A stretch of 49,105 bases of DNA from an uncultured Klebsiella sp. (lineage in GTDB: Bacteria; Myxococcota_A; UBA796; SXON01), in the NCBI GenBank assembly GCA_964359125.1, contig CAYHRZ010000001.1, forward strand, positions 1-49,105. Reading direction: 5' to 3'. The position numbers and the translations under genes are program-made. Shown here piece after piece: positions 34,804-43,786 of this stretch (position 1 is its first letter; the number at the start of each line of letters is the position of its first letter). The notes beneath the pieces are model-generated. The model ran no database searches, had not been told where the DNA came from, and worked only from the letters and a program-made list of their open reading frames with translations.

Positions 34804-35231
34804 TGTGGATCCTCGCCGTGGCGACGCGAACTACGGGGGCTCTCGCTGCCGGTCAGCGGCAGCGCGAGGATGGGCGTCGATCCCCGCGTCGGAGCGGACC
34901 CACCGGCGCCAACAACCGGAACGACTTGGCCGGTTCTTCCCGGAGGACGTGCGCGACCTGGAACGGGTGCACGTCCTCCCCAGCATGCAGCTCCCTGCCG
35001 CAAACCCACGGTAGGCACATCGAGAGTCGGCGACGGCCACGCCGCTCACGGTACACCGCGACATGCCACGACAAGTACCCGACCTCGGATTCCTGGAGGA
35101 AAGAGGCAATCGGGGTCGTTCCCACCTTCACCGGGCGCCAACGCACCATCATCTTGCCGTGAAGATCCTGATCGACCCCCAGACTTGAGGTGGCGCCGGC
35201 TCCCGGGCATTTCCAAGCCACACGAGTCCTT

Positions 35232-36371
35232 TCACCCGCCATCGAAAAAACTCGAGTGGTTTTTCACCGGTGGTCGAAAAATCTCGTGTGACATCCCGAA
35301 GTCGCGCCGGGGCTCCCCAAGGCCGCCCCACGTGGGTCGCCGACCCTCCCGGTGGGTGACGGTGAGCGCGCCGCCCTCCCCCCGCTCCACGCCGAGACCC
35401 CCGAGGTGAACGGCCCGGTGGTGGGCGGAGCACAGGACAGCGAGGTTTTCGTCGCCGTGGTCGCCACCGTGTGCGCGGAAACGGAGGTGGTGGACGTCGA
35501 GCCACAGCCGGTTTGCACAGCCAGGCACCTCGCAGCTTTCGCCCGCCCGGTGCAGCACCCGGCGCCGGGTGGCGGGCGGGATCACCCGGCTCAGTTGGCC
35601 AGCCGCGGGGCCGGGCGCGGTGTTCAAAACCTCCGCGTCACACGCGGCCTCGGCCGCCACCGTGTCGGAGAGGTCGTGCTCTGGCGTGCGCGCGTGGCCA
35701 CACTCGGGGCAACGTTCCACCACCACGCGGTAGCGCTCGGCGGAGACGCCGGCCTCGGCACCCTCGTCGTGCAAGTAGCGATGCGCGAGGGCCGCCAGCA
35801 AGGCGCCGTCGTCGATCTCCTCGGCGTCGAGTTCGGAGCGACTGCGGAGCACGGCCAGCGCCCGGCGGATGGTGTCGAGGTCCGCGGCGTCGAGTTCGAG
35901 AACCAGTCGGCCGCGCTCCGGGCCTGGCTCATCCATCGCCTCGCGGGTGGGCGGAAGTTCGCCGGGCGACGAACGTGCCACCTCGCGCTCCAACTCCCGC
36001 GACGTGACACTCAGCGCGCGACCTACCCACGCCGCCTCGGTGCCGGGCGTGGCGACGGTGATCACCTCTCTGGCCTTCGTCCAGTCGAGTTCGCCCTCGC
36101 ACATCGCCTGCGCCAGCAGCGGCAGCCGCGGCAGGGCACGACCCACGCGCACGAGGTCCCGGCAGGCGCGGAGCGACAAGTCGAGCACCACCTCGGCGTA
36201 CTCGGCAGTCGAGGCGTAGCCGAGCTCCTCGTAGCCACGCGTGTGCGCGAGCTCGGCGAGGAGGGTGGCCAGCGCGTAACCGGCCAGGCGATGCTGCCGC
36301 CGGGCCTCGAGGAGGCGCTCGTGGAGCGCCTGGGCGGGGGATGTTTCCATGGCCCCGAGCGTAATCGTCAC
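35232..36371 (-). CDS. HNH endonuclease with DUF222-type N-terminal domain (REP13E12-like protein)
   Basis: CEVPGCANRLWLDVHHLRFRAHGGDHGDENLAVLCSAHHRAVH is an HNH motif. The long helical N-terminal domain is typical of DUF222. The last ~35 codons run through an AT-rich structured region and may not be functional. Confidence 0.8.
   Translation of the reverse strand: MTITLGAMETSPAQALHERLLEARRQHRLAGYALATLLAELAHTRGYEELGYASTAEYAEVVLDLSLRACRDLVRVGRALPRLPLLAQAMCEGELDWTKAREVITVATPGTEAAWVGRALSVTSRELEREVARSSPGELPPTREAMDEPGPERGRLVLELDAADLDTIRRALAVLRSRSELDAEEIDDGALLAALAHRYLHDEGAEAGVSAERYRVVVERCPECGHARTPEHDLSDTVAAEAACDAEVLNTAPGPAAGQLSRVIPPATRRRVLHRAGESCEVPGCANRLWLDVHHLRFRAHGGDHGDENLAVLCSAHHRAVHLGGLGVERGEGGALTVTHREGRRPTWGGLGEPRRDFGMSHEIFRPPVKNHSSFFDGG
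35323..35346. repeat. CCCACGTGGG-core repeat, copy 2
   Basis: CCGCCCCACGTGGGTCGCCGACCC, a 23/24 match to copy 3. Lies inside the 3' end of the HNH ORF. Confidence 0.8.
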
Positions 36372-36666
36372 ACGGTGGGGAGCAAGGCCTTGCCGACCAA
36401 AAAATGGTCGTCATCACCTGCGATCCCCGCAACCGGAGATCAACCGTCACCTTCGACCCCGCTCGTCAACGGGCGCCTCCCCGCGGGGGCGGCGCGGAGC
36501 GTTGTTGCGACGGCGAGGTCGGCGGCCGGCTGATGTCGCGGTGGGCGACCTTGTCTGGCGACACCCCGGCGGGGACGTAGGGGCAGGGCGGTTTGCCGCC
36601 GGGCAGGGCGCTGCCACGCCCGGTGCTCGCGGCGCGCGGAGCCGCGACTTCGCCCGACCCGGCCAC

Positions 36667-36690
36667 GCGCCCCACGTGGGTCGCCGACCC
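36667..36690. repeat. CCCACGTGGG-core repeat, copy 3
   Basis: GCGCCCCACGTGGGTCGCCGACCC; intergenic. Confidence 0.8.
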
Positions 36691-36763
36691 ACGCACACGG
36701 CCGGACTGGCGCACACCCGCGCCCGCGACGCCGCCACGCGCCGCGCCCGGCTGCCGTTCCTGT

Positions 36764-36778
36764 GACCCACGTGGGTCG
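36764..36778. repeat. CCCACGTGGG-core repeat, copy 4 (14-bp perfect palindrome GACCCACGTGGGTC)
   Basis: Read directly; intergenic. Confidence 0.8.
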
Positions 36779-36845
36779 TGAACTTCGAACCCAACGATGG
36801 GGCGACGGCAGGCCGCCAGCGCGAGGGGACGCCGCTCCCGGCCAA

Positions 36846-36864
36846 GCGCCCCACGTGGGTCGTG
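36846..36864. repeat. CCCACGTGGG-core repeat, copy 5
   Basis: GCGCCCCACGTGGGTCGTG; intergenic. Confidence 0.8.
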
Positions 36865-36959
36865 TGCCCGCTGCCTCACGATGCCCTTGCTCTCGCCCGC
36901 CCGCCGCGGGATCACCTCGCACTCCCTCGCGCCCCGCCCGCCGGATAACAGGCGTCACG

Positions 36960-38831
36960 ATGCTAACCCTCCTCGCGGGCTGCCTCGTCAATACCGCGCT
37001 CTACGAGCGTCGGGTGCAGGAGCTCTCCGACGCCGACCAGGACGGTTTTGTCAACCCCGCCGAGGGCGGCAACGACTGCGACGACGACGACGCTGCGGTG
37101 TACCCCGGCGCCACGGAGGTCCCTTACGACGGGATCGACCAGGACTGCGACGGCAGCGACCTCGACGACGGCGACAACGACGGGATCGAGGCCGAGGCCG
37201 CCGGCGGGACGGACTGCGACGACGACGACGACGACACCTTCCCGGGCGCCACCGACGCCTGCTACGACGGGGTCGACAATGACTGCGGCGGCGACGACGA
37301 CTTCGACTGCGACGGCGACGGCCACCGGGTCGACAGCAGCACTGGCGGCACCGACTGCAACGACGGCGACGCGACGATCTACCCCGGTGCTGTGGATTCA
37401 TGTTACGACGACGTCGACAGCGACTGCGCGGGCGACGACGATTTTGACTGCGACGGCGACGGCTACACCGAGAGCGACGGCGACTGCGACGACGACGACG
37501 CCACCCAGTTCCCCGGGGCCGACGAGGGCTGGGGGGACCTCGGCACCGCCAACGCCTGCGACGGCGCCATCGACGACCCGGTCAGCGCCTCGTTGGCCGA
37601 CGCCGACGTCATCGTCGATCCCCCCGCCGACTACGGCTACTTCGGATCCACCCTCGGCCCCGTGCACGACCTCGACGGCGACGGGATCGACGAGGTGTTC
37701 GTGTCTGCCCCCTACGCCAGCCCCGACGTGCCCTACCAGGGGGCGGCGTTCCTGGTCCGCGGCGCCGATCTCGCGGGCCACCTCACGCTCGACGCGACAC
37801 ACGACCAGTTGCTCGCCCCCGACACCTACAGCTTCCTCACCGCGCACGGCACCGGGGAACTCGAAGGCGTGGGCGGCGAGTTCCTCTTCGTGGCCTCTGG
37901 CGCCGCCGCCGACGGCGCGGGCGTCACCTGGGCCGTCGCGACCGGGAGCATCCTCGACGGGGGCGCGCAGGATCCCGCCAACGTCGCGGTCGCGACGTTC
38001 ACGGGCGCCGACGGTGACTACGCGGGCACCGCCCCTGTCACCGGTCGCGACATCGACGGCGACGGCGTGCACGACCTCCTCCTCGACGCCATCGGCACCG
38101 GCCGCGCGCTCGGTTTCTCGTCCCCCGGCGGCGGCGCGCACGGCGCTGACGACGCCGACTGGGTTTGGACGCCGTCGCCCACCGGCGACTACCTGATCCT
38201 CCGCGTGCCCGGCGATGTTGACGGCGATGGCACCGACGACGTGGGGATCACGCAGGGGCCCGACGCGGGGGACGCGGTGGGCGCGGCCCTGTACCGGGGC
38301 GGCGCGGGGCTCGCGGGAGGGGAGTTTGGGGAGGGGGCTGCGTTCTACCTGCTTGGGTCGCCCACGTTGGAGGCGGTGGCCGACACCGCTGCCGGCTCCG
38401 CCCTCGTTGTCCTGGCGTTTCAGGCATCGTTGTTTGTCGAGCCCCAGGAAGGGGCCACGTACGATCCCCTCGCGGGGGCCGACTACCAGCTCTTCAGGAC
38501 TGCCGACGAGGCCGCCTTCTCCGGTGCGCTGTGGAGCCCCTCGCTCGGAGCGGCGCAGGCGGCTCTCGTGCTCGCGGCCTACGCCCACCCGGAGGGCACG
38601 CAGACGGGCGAGTGCGTCGTGTGGCGCATGGGAGAATTCAGCGTCGACGACTTCTCGACCGACTTGGCGCTGCGCCTACGAGGCGAACGGCCCGGCGACC
38701 GCGCCTGCGCGGCGCTCAGCGTGGCTCCAGATCTCGACGGCGACGGCCGCGGCGAACTAATGGTCGGCGCCCCCCTTGCCGACGGCACGTCGGCGGACTC
38801 GGGTCGGGCCTACATCCAGCTCAACCCGTGA
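36960..38831 (+). CDS. Lipoprotein with MopE-like Cys-rich repeats and FG-GAP repeats (paralog of 20593-22998)
   Basis: ATG 36960, MLTLLAGC lipobox. Repeats are [27 protein letters not shown]-type. C-terminal FG-GAP units (DLDGDG...GAP). Confidence 0.85.
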   Translation: MLTLLAGCLVNTALYERRVQELSDADQDGFVNPAEGGNDCDDDDAAVYPGATEVPYDGIDQDCDGSDLDDGDNDGIEAEAAGGTDCDDDDDDTFPGATDACYDGVDNDCGGDDDFDCDGDGHRVDSSTGGTDCNDGDATIYPGAVDSCYDDVDSDCAGDDDFDCDGDGYTESDGDCDDDDATQFPGADEGWGDLGTANACDGAIDDPVSASLADADVIVDPPADYGYFGSTLGPVHDLDGDGIDEVFVSAPYASPDVPYQGAAFLVRGADLAGHLTLDATHDQLLAPDTYSFLTAHGTGELEGVGGEFLFVASGAAADGAGVTWAVATGSILDGGAQDPANVAVATFTGADGDYAGTAPVTGRDIDGDGVHDLLLDAIGTGRALGFSSPGGGAHGADDADWVWTPSPTGDYLILRVPGDVDGDGTDDVGITQGPDAGDAVGAALYRGGAGLAGGEFGEGAAFYLLGSPTLEAVADTAAGSALVVLAFQASLFVEPQEGATYDPLAGADYQLFRTADEAAFSGALWSPSLGAAQAALVLAAYAHPEGTQTGECVVWRMGEFSVDDFSTDLALRLRGERPGDRACAALSVAPDLDGDGRGELMVGAPLADGTSADSGRAYIQLNP

Positions 38832-39961
38832 AACAACGAGCCTGGGCGGCCGGGCTGGTCATCGTCGCTCTGGCCAACGCGATGGTGCTCTCCCTGAATG
38901 TCCCCCGCGGCGACGACATCACGTACTTGGCCTGGGCGGTCGAGCGTCTCGACACCGCATGGTCACCGACGCTCCGACCCCCACCATTCCCGGGCTGGCG
39001 CCCCGTCACCGCGGCGTGGTGGTGGCTCGGCTGCGGCCTCACCTCGGTGTCGGGCGCCGCGCAGCAGGCGGCACTCGCTGGCCTCTGGATCGCCGCGCTT
39101 GGCACGTGGACCTGGTGGTCATGGCGACGCGGGGGCGCGACCGCCGGCCTGACCACGGCAACGCTCCTCCTCGCGACTGATCGCTTTCGTGACCTGGTGA
39201 CGTGGCGTTCCTGGCTCACGAGCACGAGCGAACTCGCCTTCGGAGGTGCATGCCTGCTCGCCCTCTCTGGGGGACGGAGAGGCGTCGCTGTAGTCGCCGC
39301 GGTGCTCGCAGTGTGGTCCAAGGAGCCGGCGGCCCTGTGGCTGTCGGCCGCGGCATGGGTGTTCCACCGCGACGGACGGGTAGCCGGGGCCGCGTTGCTG
39401 GCGGGGATCCCTGGTGGCTTGCGTTTCGCCAGCGAGTTCGCCGACACGATGCATCTGGACGCTGATCTCCTGGCTCGCGGCTGGTTCTACCTCCGCGCGA
39501 CGGTCGCCCTCGGTTGGCCCGTCGTGGCGGTTTTCGTCCTCCTGGTACGAAGGCGGGTAGGAGCGCTGGGCGTCGTGGCTGCGGCTCTCGCGCTCCCCGT
39601 GGTGTACCCGGTGTTCAACGCGACGTACCTCGTCGAGGCCACATGCGTCCTTGCGGTCGGGGTGACCGAGTTCGCGGGGACGGCGGCCCGCCGAGCCCTC
39701 CTCGCGAGCGCGCTCGCCGGTCTGGCTTTCGGCCTACCGGGATCGGTGAGTAACGCCCGCTACCAAGCGGTTCACCAGCGCGACATGCAGGCGGTATGGT
39801 CGCGACTTGCGGCCGCGCCGCCCGTGGCGTACACGCTGAGCGACGGCGCGAACGACGACGCCCGCTGGCTGGCACTGCGACTGCGGTGGGAGCTCGACGC
39901 GGCACCTTCAGCCATCCCGCTCTCGGCGGGACCTGTCGCTGGCCTGCTCGTCGATCCATGA
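38828..39961 (+). CDS. Polytopic membrane protein, GT-C/ArnT-like glycosyltransferase fold suspected
   Basis: GTG 38828 overlaps the upstream stop (GTGA). About 10 hydrophobic segments, Trp/Arg-rich loops. The family call is tentative. Confidence 0.6.
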   Translation: MKQRAWAAGLVIVALANAMVLSLNVPRGDDITYLAWAVERLDTAWSPTLRPPPFPGWRPVTAAWWWLGCGLTSVSGAAQQAALAGLWIAALGTWTWWSWRRGGATAGLTTATLLLATDRFRDLVTWRSWLTSTSELAFGGACLLALSGGRRGVAVVAAVLAVWSKEPAALWLSAAAWVFHRDGRVAGAALLAGIPGGLRFASEFADTMHLDADLLARGWFYLRATVALGWPVVAVFVLLVRRRVGALGVVAAALALPVVYPVFNATYLVEATCVLAVGVTEFAGTAARRALLASALAGLAFGLPGSVSNARYQAVHQRDMQAVWSRLAAAPPVAYTLSDGANDDARWLALRLRWELDAAPSAIPLSAGPVAGLLVDP

Positions 39962-39991
39962 GGCCGAACGAGGTGTTACCCCCACCGTCCC

Positions 39992-41089
39992 TCACCCCAC
40001 CTCCCCCGCCTTCACAAGTCCCCCGGGGGCTGCGACGACCTCCGCATCGCCACCCGCCGCTGCCCCACGCCCCAACCGCATCCCCACCCGCCACTCGGGG
40101 TCCACCATCGGCCTGAAACCAAGTGCCGCGTACACCCCCTGCGCGTCCCGCGTGTGTAGCTCAACCCGGGCGCAGTCCCGCACCGCCGGGTGATCCAGCA
40201 GGCAGCGGGTGATCGCGCGACCGAGCCCCCGGCCCCGTCGGTCGGCGCGCACGATGACGTCCATCACGTAGGCGTACTTCGCGGTGTCGGAGACCGCCCG
40301 CGCGCTGGCCACCACCTCGCCGCCCTCGACGGCCACCACCCAGGCCGCAGAGCCCAGGTGCATGCGACGGATGCGCTCCGGCGTGGCGCCTCGCTGCCAG
40401 TAGGCGCCCGACAACAGCGCCACCACCGCGTCGACGTGCGCCATCGGCTGGGTGACGAAGCGGGCCGTGCCGTGTGACAAGAACGCGGGGCACTGCGCCG
40501 GCGTGGCATCGACCATCGCGTCGAGCGCGGCGAGGTCGCCAGGCGCGCCGCGATGCCAGAGCCTCGCCATGATGCCGAGGCGCACCTCCGGCGACTTGTT
40601 CTGTCCCACCTTCCGCCGTCCCACCAGGGTCGCGTTCGCCAGCCGCACGACGGCGATGTTTCGCACGGCGGCGGCGTACATCGGGTCGTCGTGCGTGATC
40701 GTGCGGTAGCCCCCCTCGGGCTGGTACACCTCCATCATCGTTTGCAACACCCGCGCCTTCGCCACCGGGTCATCGACCGCCTCCAGCGTGCCGCGGGCGT
40801 GGGCGCTGCGGAAGTAGGTGGTGGCGGGACACGCACGCTCGGCGTGTTGCCAGGTCGACGGCAGCGTGGCCAGTACCTCCTCGGTGACGATCACCGCCGG
40901 GCGACCGATCACCTCCATCTTCTCCCCCCGGGGGGAGCCGTGGAAGTGAATGACCCCGTCGACCACCACCGGGTGGACGGCGCGGAGCACCGGCCCCTGC
41001 TCGCCCTCGGCGGCGAGGTGGACGAGGCGGGCGCGCTCGAACAAGGCGAGGGTCTCCGCCGACGAGAGGTATTCGACGTCGAGGAACAT
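39992..41089 (-). CDS. Fusion protein: pyridoxamine-5'-phosphate-oxidase-like FMN-binding split-barrel domain + GNAT N-acetyltransferase domain
   Basis: ATG 41089 (MFLDVEY). The N-terminal ~200 aa are PNPOx-like (VHPVVVDGVIHFHGSPRGEK). The C-terminus has the GNAT motif VRADRRGRGLGRAI. Confidence 0.7.
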   Translation of the reverse strand: MFLDVEYLSSAETLALFERARLVHLAAEGEQGPVLRAVHPVVVDGVIHFHGSPRGEKMEVIGRPAVIVTEEVLATLPSTWQHAERACPATTYFRSAHARGTLEAVDDPVAKARVLQTMMEVYQPEGGYRTITHDDPMYAAAVRNIAVVRLANATLVGRRKVGQNKSPEVRLGIMARLWHRGAPGDLAALDAMVDATPAQCPAFLSHGTARFVTQPMAHVDAVVALLSGAYWQRGATPERIRRMHLGSAAWVVAVEGGEVVASARAVSDTAKYAYVMDVIVRADRRGRGLGRAITRCLLDHPAVRDCARVELHTRDAQGVYAALGFRPMVDPEWRVGMRLGRGAAAGGDAEVVAAPGGLVKAGEVG

Positions 41090-41135
41090 GGGCAACTCCT
41101 GCCGCCGGAGATACTCCGCATGCGGATCCCACAAG

Positions 41136-41167
41136 TGGTCCAGTCCTGGAAAATAGCATGGTCCAGT
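41136..41167. promoter_or_regulatory. Candidate MocR/PdxR-type operator: direct repeat TGGTCCAGT-N14-TGGTCCAGT
   Basis: Perfect 9-mers at 41136-41144 and 41159-41167 (23 bp start to start). They sit in the 91-bp divergent intergenic region between the PNPOx-GNAT gene and the MocR gene. Confidence 0.5.
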
Positions 41168-41180
41168 TGGAGGCATCCTG

Positions 41181-42581
41181 GTGTCCCGTTCCTGGCTTCC
41201 TGCCGCTCCTGTCTTCCGGGCGATCGACCTGGTCGACGCGGTCGTGGCCGACGTGCGCCGCGGGCGACTGCGCCCCGGCGACACGCTGCCCGGCAGCCGC
41301 GCCCTCGCCGCGTCGCTGGGGCTCAACCGCAAGACGGTGGTGAGCGCCCTGGCGGAGCTCGAGGCCGAGGGCTGGATCGAGCAGTCCGCTGGCCGGCGCG
41401 CCCGTGTCCGCGCCGACTTGCCGCCCTCGCCGGTCAATCCAGCCCGCCGCCTCGCCCCGGGTGTCGCCGCCACCCTCCCACCCCCGCAGCAGGTTCCGCC
41501 CCGTCCCCCGGGGCCGCGCCCACTCGCCCTCGCGGGCGGGCAGCCGGACCTGCGGCTGTTGCCCATGAGCGACCTCGCCCGCGCCTGGCGACGGGCGCTG
41601 CGTGGCCCGGGGCGGGCGCTGGCCGACTACGGTAGCCCGCTCGGCGACGCAAAGCTCCGGGAGGTGCTGGGCGACTGGCTGGCGGCCACCCGCGGCGTGC
41701 GCCCCGCACCCGAGGGGCTCCTCGTCACCCGGGGAGCCCAGAACGCCCTGTTCCTGGCTGCGTCCACGCTGCTTCGCCGCGGCGACCGCGTGGCCGTGGA
41801 AGCCTGGGGCTACTCGCCCGCGTGGGACGCCTTCCGCGCGGCCGGCCTGGAACTCGTGCCGGTGCCGGTCGACGGCGACGGCATCGTGGTCGACGAGATC
41901 CCGGCGGCCCGGGCGGTGTACGTCACCCCCCACCACCAGTACCCCACCGGCGTGGTGCTCACACCGGGTCGGCGCGCGGCGTTGCTCGACCTCGCCCGGC
42001 GCCGCGACATGCTGGTCATCGAAGACGACTACGACCACGAGTTCCACTACACCGGGCGGCCGGTGCTGCCGCTGGCGGCCCAGGACCCGGAGCCCGTGGT
42101 CTACGTGGGCACGTTGTCGAAGGCCTTCGCCCCCGGCTTGCGGGTGGGCTTCGTGGCCACGCACCCCGCCCGCATCGCCGCCCTCGCCGCCTTCCGCCGG
42201 GTGGTGGACCGGCAGGGCGACCACGTGACCGAGCGGGCGGTGGCGGAGCTCTTGCTCGACGGCACCGTGGACCGCCACTTGCGGCGTTGTCGGCGGGTGT
42301 ACCAGCGGCGCCGCACCACCCTCCGGGCCGCGCTGGCGGCCCAGTTCGGCACCGCGCTGGTGCCCAACGACCCGCCCGGCGGCCTGGCCTTCTGGACGGA
42401 GGCCCCGGGCATCGACGTGGACTGCTGGGCCGCTCGCGCCCTGGCGAACGGCGTGGAGATCACCACCGCGCGGCGCTACGCCTTCGGCGGTGAAGCCTCG
42501 CCCTGGGTGCGGCTCGGCTACGCCGGCCTCGACGAGTCTGAGCTGGTGGAGGCGGTGGCGCGACTGCGGCGGGGGTGGTGA
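41181..42581 (+). CDS. MocR/PdxR-family regulator (GntR wHTH fused to a fold-type-I aminotransferase-like PLP domain)
   Basis: GTG 41181 is preceded by GGAGG. N-terminus has LPGSRALAASLGLNRKTVVSALAELEAEGWI (GntR HTH). TLSKAFAPGLRVG is the PLP-Lys motif. Confidence 0.9.
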   Translation: MSRSWLPAAPVFRAIDLVDAVVADVRRGRLRPGDTLPGSRALAASLGLNRKTVVSALAELEAEGWIEQSAGRRARVRADLPPSPVNPARRLAPGVAATLPPPQQVPPRPPGPRPLALAGGQPDLRLLPMSDLARAWRRALRGPGRALADYGSPLGDAKLREVLGDWLAATRGVRPAPEGLLVTRGAQNALFLAASTLLRRGDRVAVEAWGYSPAWDAFRAAGLELVPVPVDGDGIVVDEIPAARAVYVTPHHQYPTGVVLTPGRRAALLDLARRRDMLVIEDDYDHEFHYTGRPVLPLAAQDPEPVVYVGTLSKAFAPGLRVGFVATHPARIAALAAFRRVVDRQGDHVTERAVAELLLDGTVDRHLRRCRRVYQRRRTTLRAALAAQFGTALVPNDPPGGLAFWTEAPGIDVDCWAARALANGVEITTARRYAFGGEASPWVRLGYAGLDESELVEAVARLRRGW

Positions 42582-42748
42582 GGCGCGGCAGGCCGCGTCT
42601 TCCGACCGTACCGGTGCTCCCGAACCCGAGGGCACCCACGACACCCACGCCGCACTCCGCGCCCCCCCCGCGCCCGGCTGTCCCCCGGGGGTAGCGGCAG
42701 CGTCGGCCCGAGGTGTACCCTGGCACGACGCTTGCTGGGTTCCCCACC

Positions 42749-43555
42749 ATGATTCTCCTCCTCCTCGCCTGCACGTCGGTCAGCCTCTCCGACAACACCC
42801 GGCTCAACCTGGATCCCTTCAGCGGAGCGGTATCCCTGGCCTCGCCCTACGTCGTGGGAGCCCAGTTCGACCTACTGCTCGACGGGCCCGCGGCCGAACT
42901 CCGGGACTACGAACTCGTCAGCCGCGACGCCGGCGTGCTCTCCATCGGCCGGGGAGAGCTGAGCAACGACGACGACGACGACGACGACGCGCTCATGTCC
43001 TTCCCCACCACCGCCGTGGGCGTGGGCAGCACCGAGGTGGTGGTGCTCGGCCCAACCGGCGAGGAGGTGCTCCAGGGCACGGCCGAGGTCGCGGCACCCG
43101 ACAGCTTCGAGCTGCGCGCGGCCACCGACCTCGAACTCCAGGAGAACCCGGAGCCCGTCGCTACCCCCGTGGTCTACGTAGGTGGACAGTCCGCTTTCCG
43201 AGTAGACTTCTTCTTCGGCGACACGCCCCTGGCCGGGGCGGGCGGCCTGGGCGTCGAGAGCAACAACGCCACCGTCGCAACCCCAGATGACTCCACCTTC
43301 CCCGATGACGCCGACTGGTTGGTCGTCGAACCGTCGCGGGCCGGCGACTTCAGCATCGCGCTGCAAAGCGGCGGCACGGCCGTCGGCGAGGTCGCGCTGA
43401 CCGCGGTAAAGGCCGACAGCGTGGCCCGAGTGGACGTGCTCCGCGAGACGGAGAACGGCGCCGAGGAAGGCGACCGAATCGGCGTGATCGCCTGGGCGGA
43501 GAACGAGGCGGGCGACCGCGTGTACGGCGTCCCATTCACCTGGACCGAGGAGTGA
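42749..43555 (+). CDS. Lipoprotein (Ig-like/beta-rich), terminated by an in-frame TGA that separates it from its apparent C-terminal sorting tail
   Basis: MILLLLAC lipobox, poly-Asp run, beta-rich repeats. TGA 43553-43555 is followed in the same frame by 43559-43786. Confidence 0.7.
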   Translation: MILLLLACTSVSLSDNTRLNLDPFSGAVSLASPYVVGAQFDLLLDGPAAELRDYELVSRDAGVLSIGRGELSNDDDDDDDALMSFPTTAVGVGSTEVVVLGPTGEEVLQGTAEVAAPDSFELRAATDLELQENPEPVATPVVYVGGQSAFRVDFFFGDTPLAGAGGLGVESNNATVATPDDSTFPDDADWLVVEPSRAGDFSIALQSGGTAVGEVALTAVKADSVARVDVLRETENGAEEGDRIGVIAWAENEAGDRVYGVPFTWTEE

Positions 43556-43558
43556 CAG

Positions 43559-43786
43559 GTGTTCGAGGAGACCGGGGACCAGTACGTCTACGCGTACGAC
43601 GCCGACCTCACCACCACCGTCACCGCCGAAGGCGCCGGCCGCGTGATCCAGTTCGAGGTCCACGGTCGCGGCGAGGTGTACGACACCAACGACGTGGCGT
43701 GCGCGGTAGCCAACGCGGGACCGGTGGCGCCCGCGATCCTGCTGGGGTTGCTCGGGCTCCGGCGGCGGCGGCGAAGCCGCGGCTAG
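43559..43786 (+). CDS. 75-codon ORF encoding a beta-strand segment plus MYXO-CTERM-like tail; probably the detached C-terminus of the preceding lipoprotein
   Basis: Same frame as 42749-43555. It ends in DVACAVANAGPVAPAILLGLLGLRRRRRSRG (Cys + TM + Arg run), a sorting tail that makes little sense on a 75-aa cytoplasmic peptide. Confidence 0.5.
   Translation: MFEETGDQYVYAYDADLTTTVTAEGAGRVIQFEVHGRGEVYDTNDVACAVANAGPVAPAILLGLLGLRRRRRSRG

Noticed and set aside
34853-35242. 129-aa minus-strand ORF between vapB and the HNH gene as a real gene
   Set aside because: There is no credible start or RBS, both ends are Arg-rich junk, and it overlaps the HNH stop region. I treat it as a possible gene remnant only.
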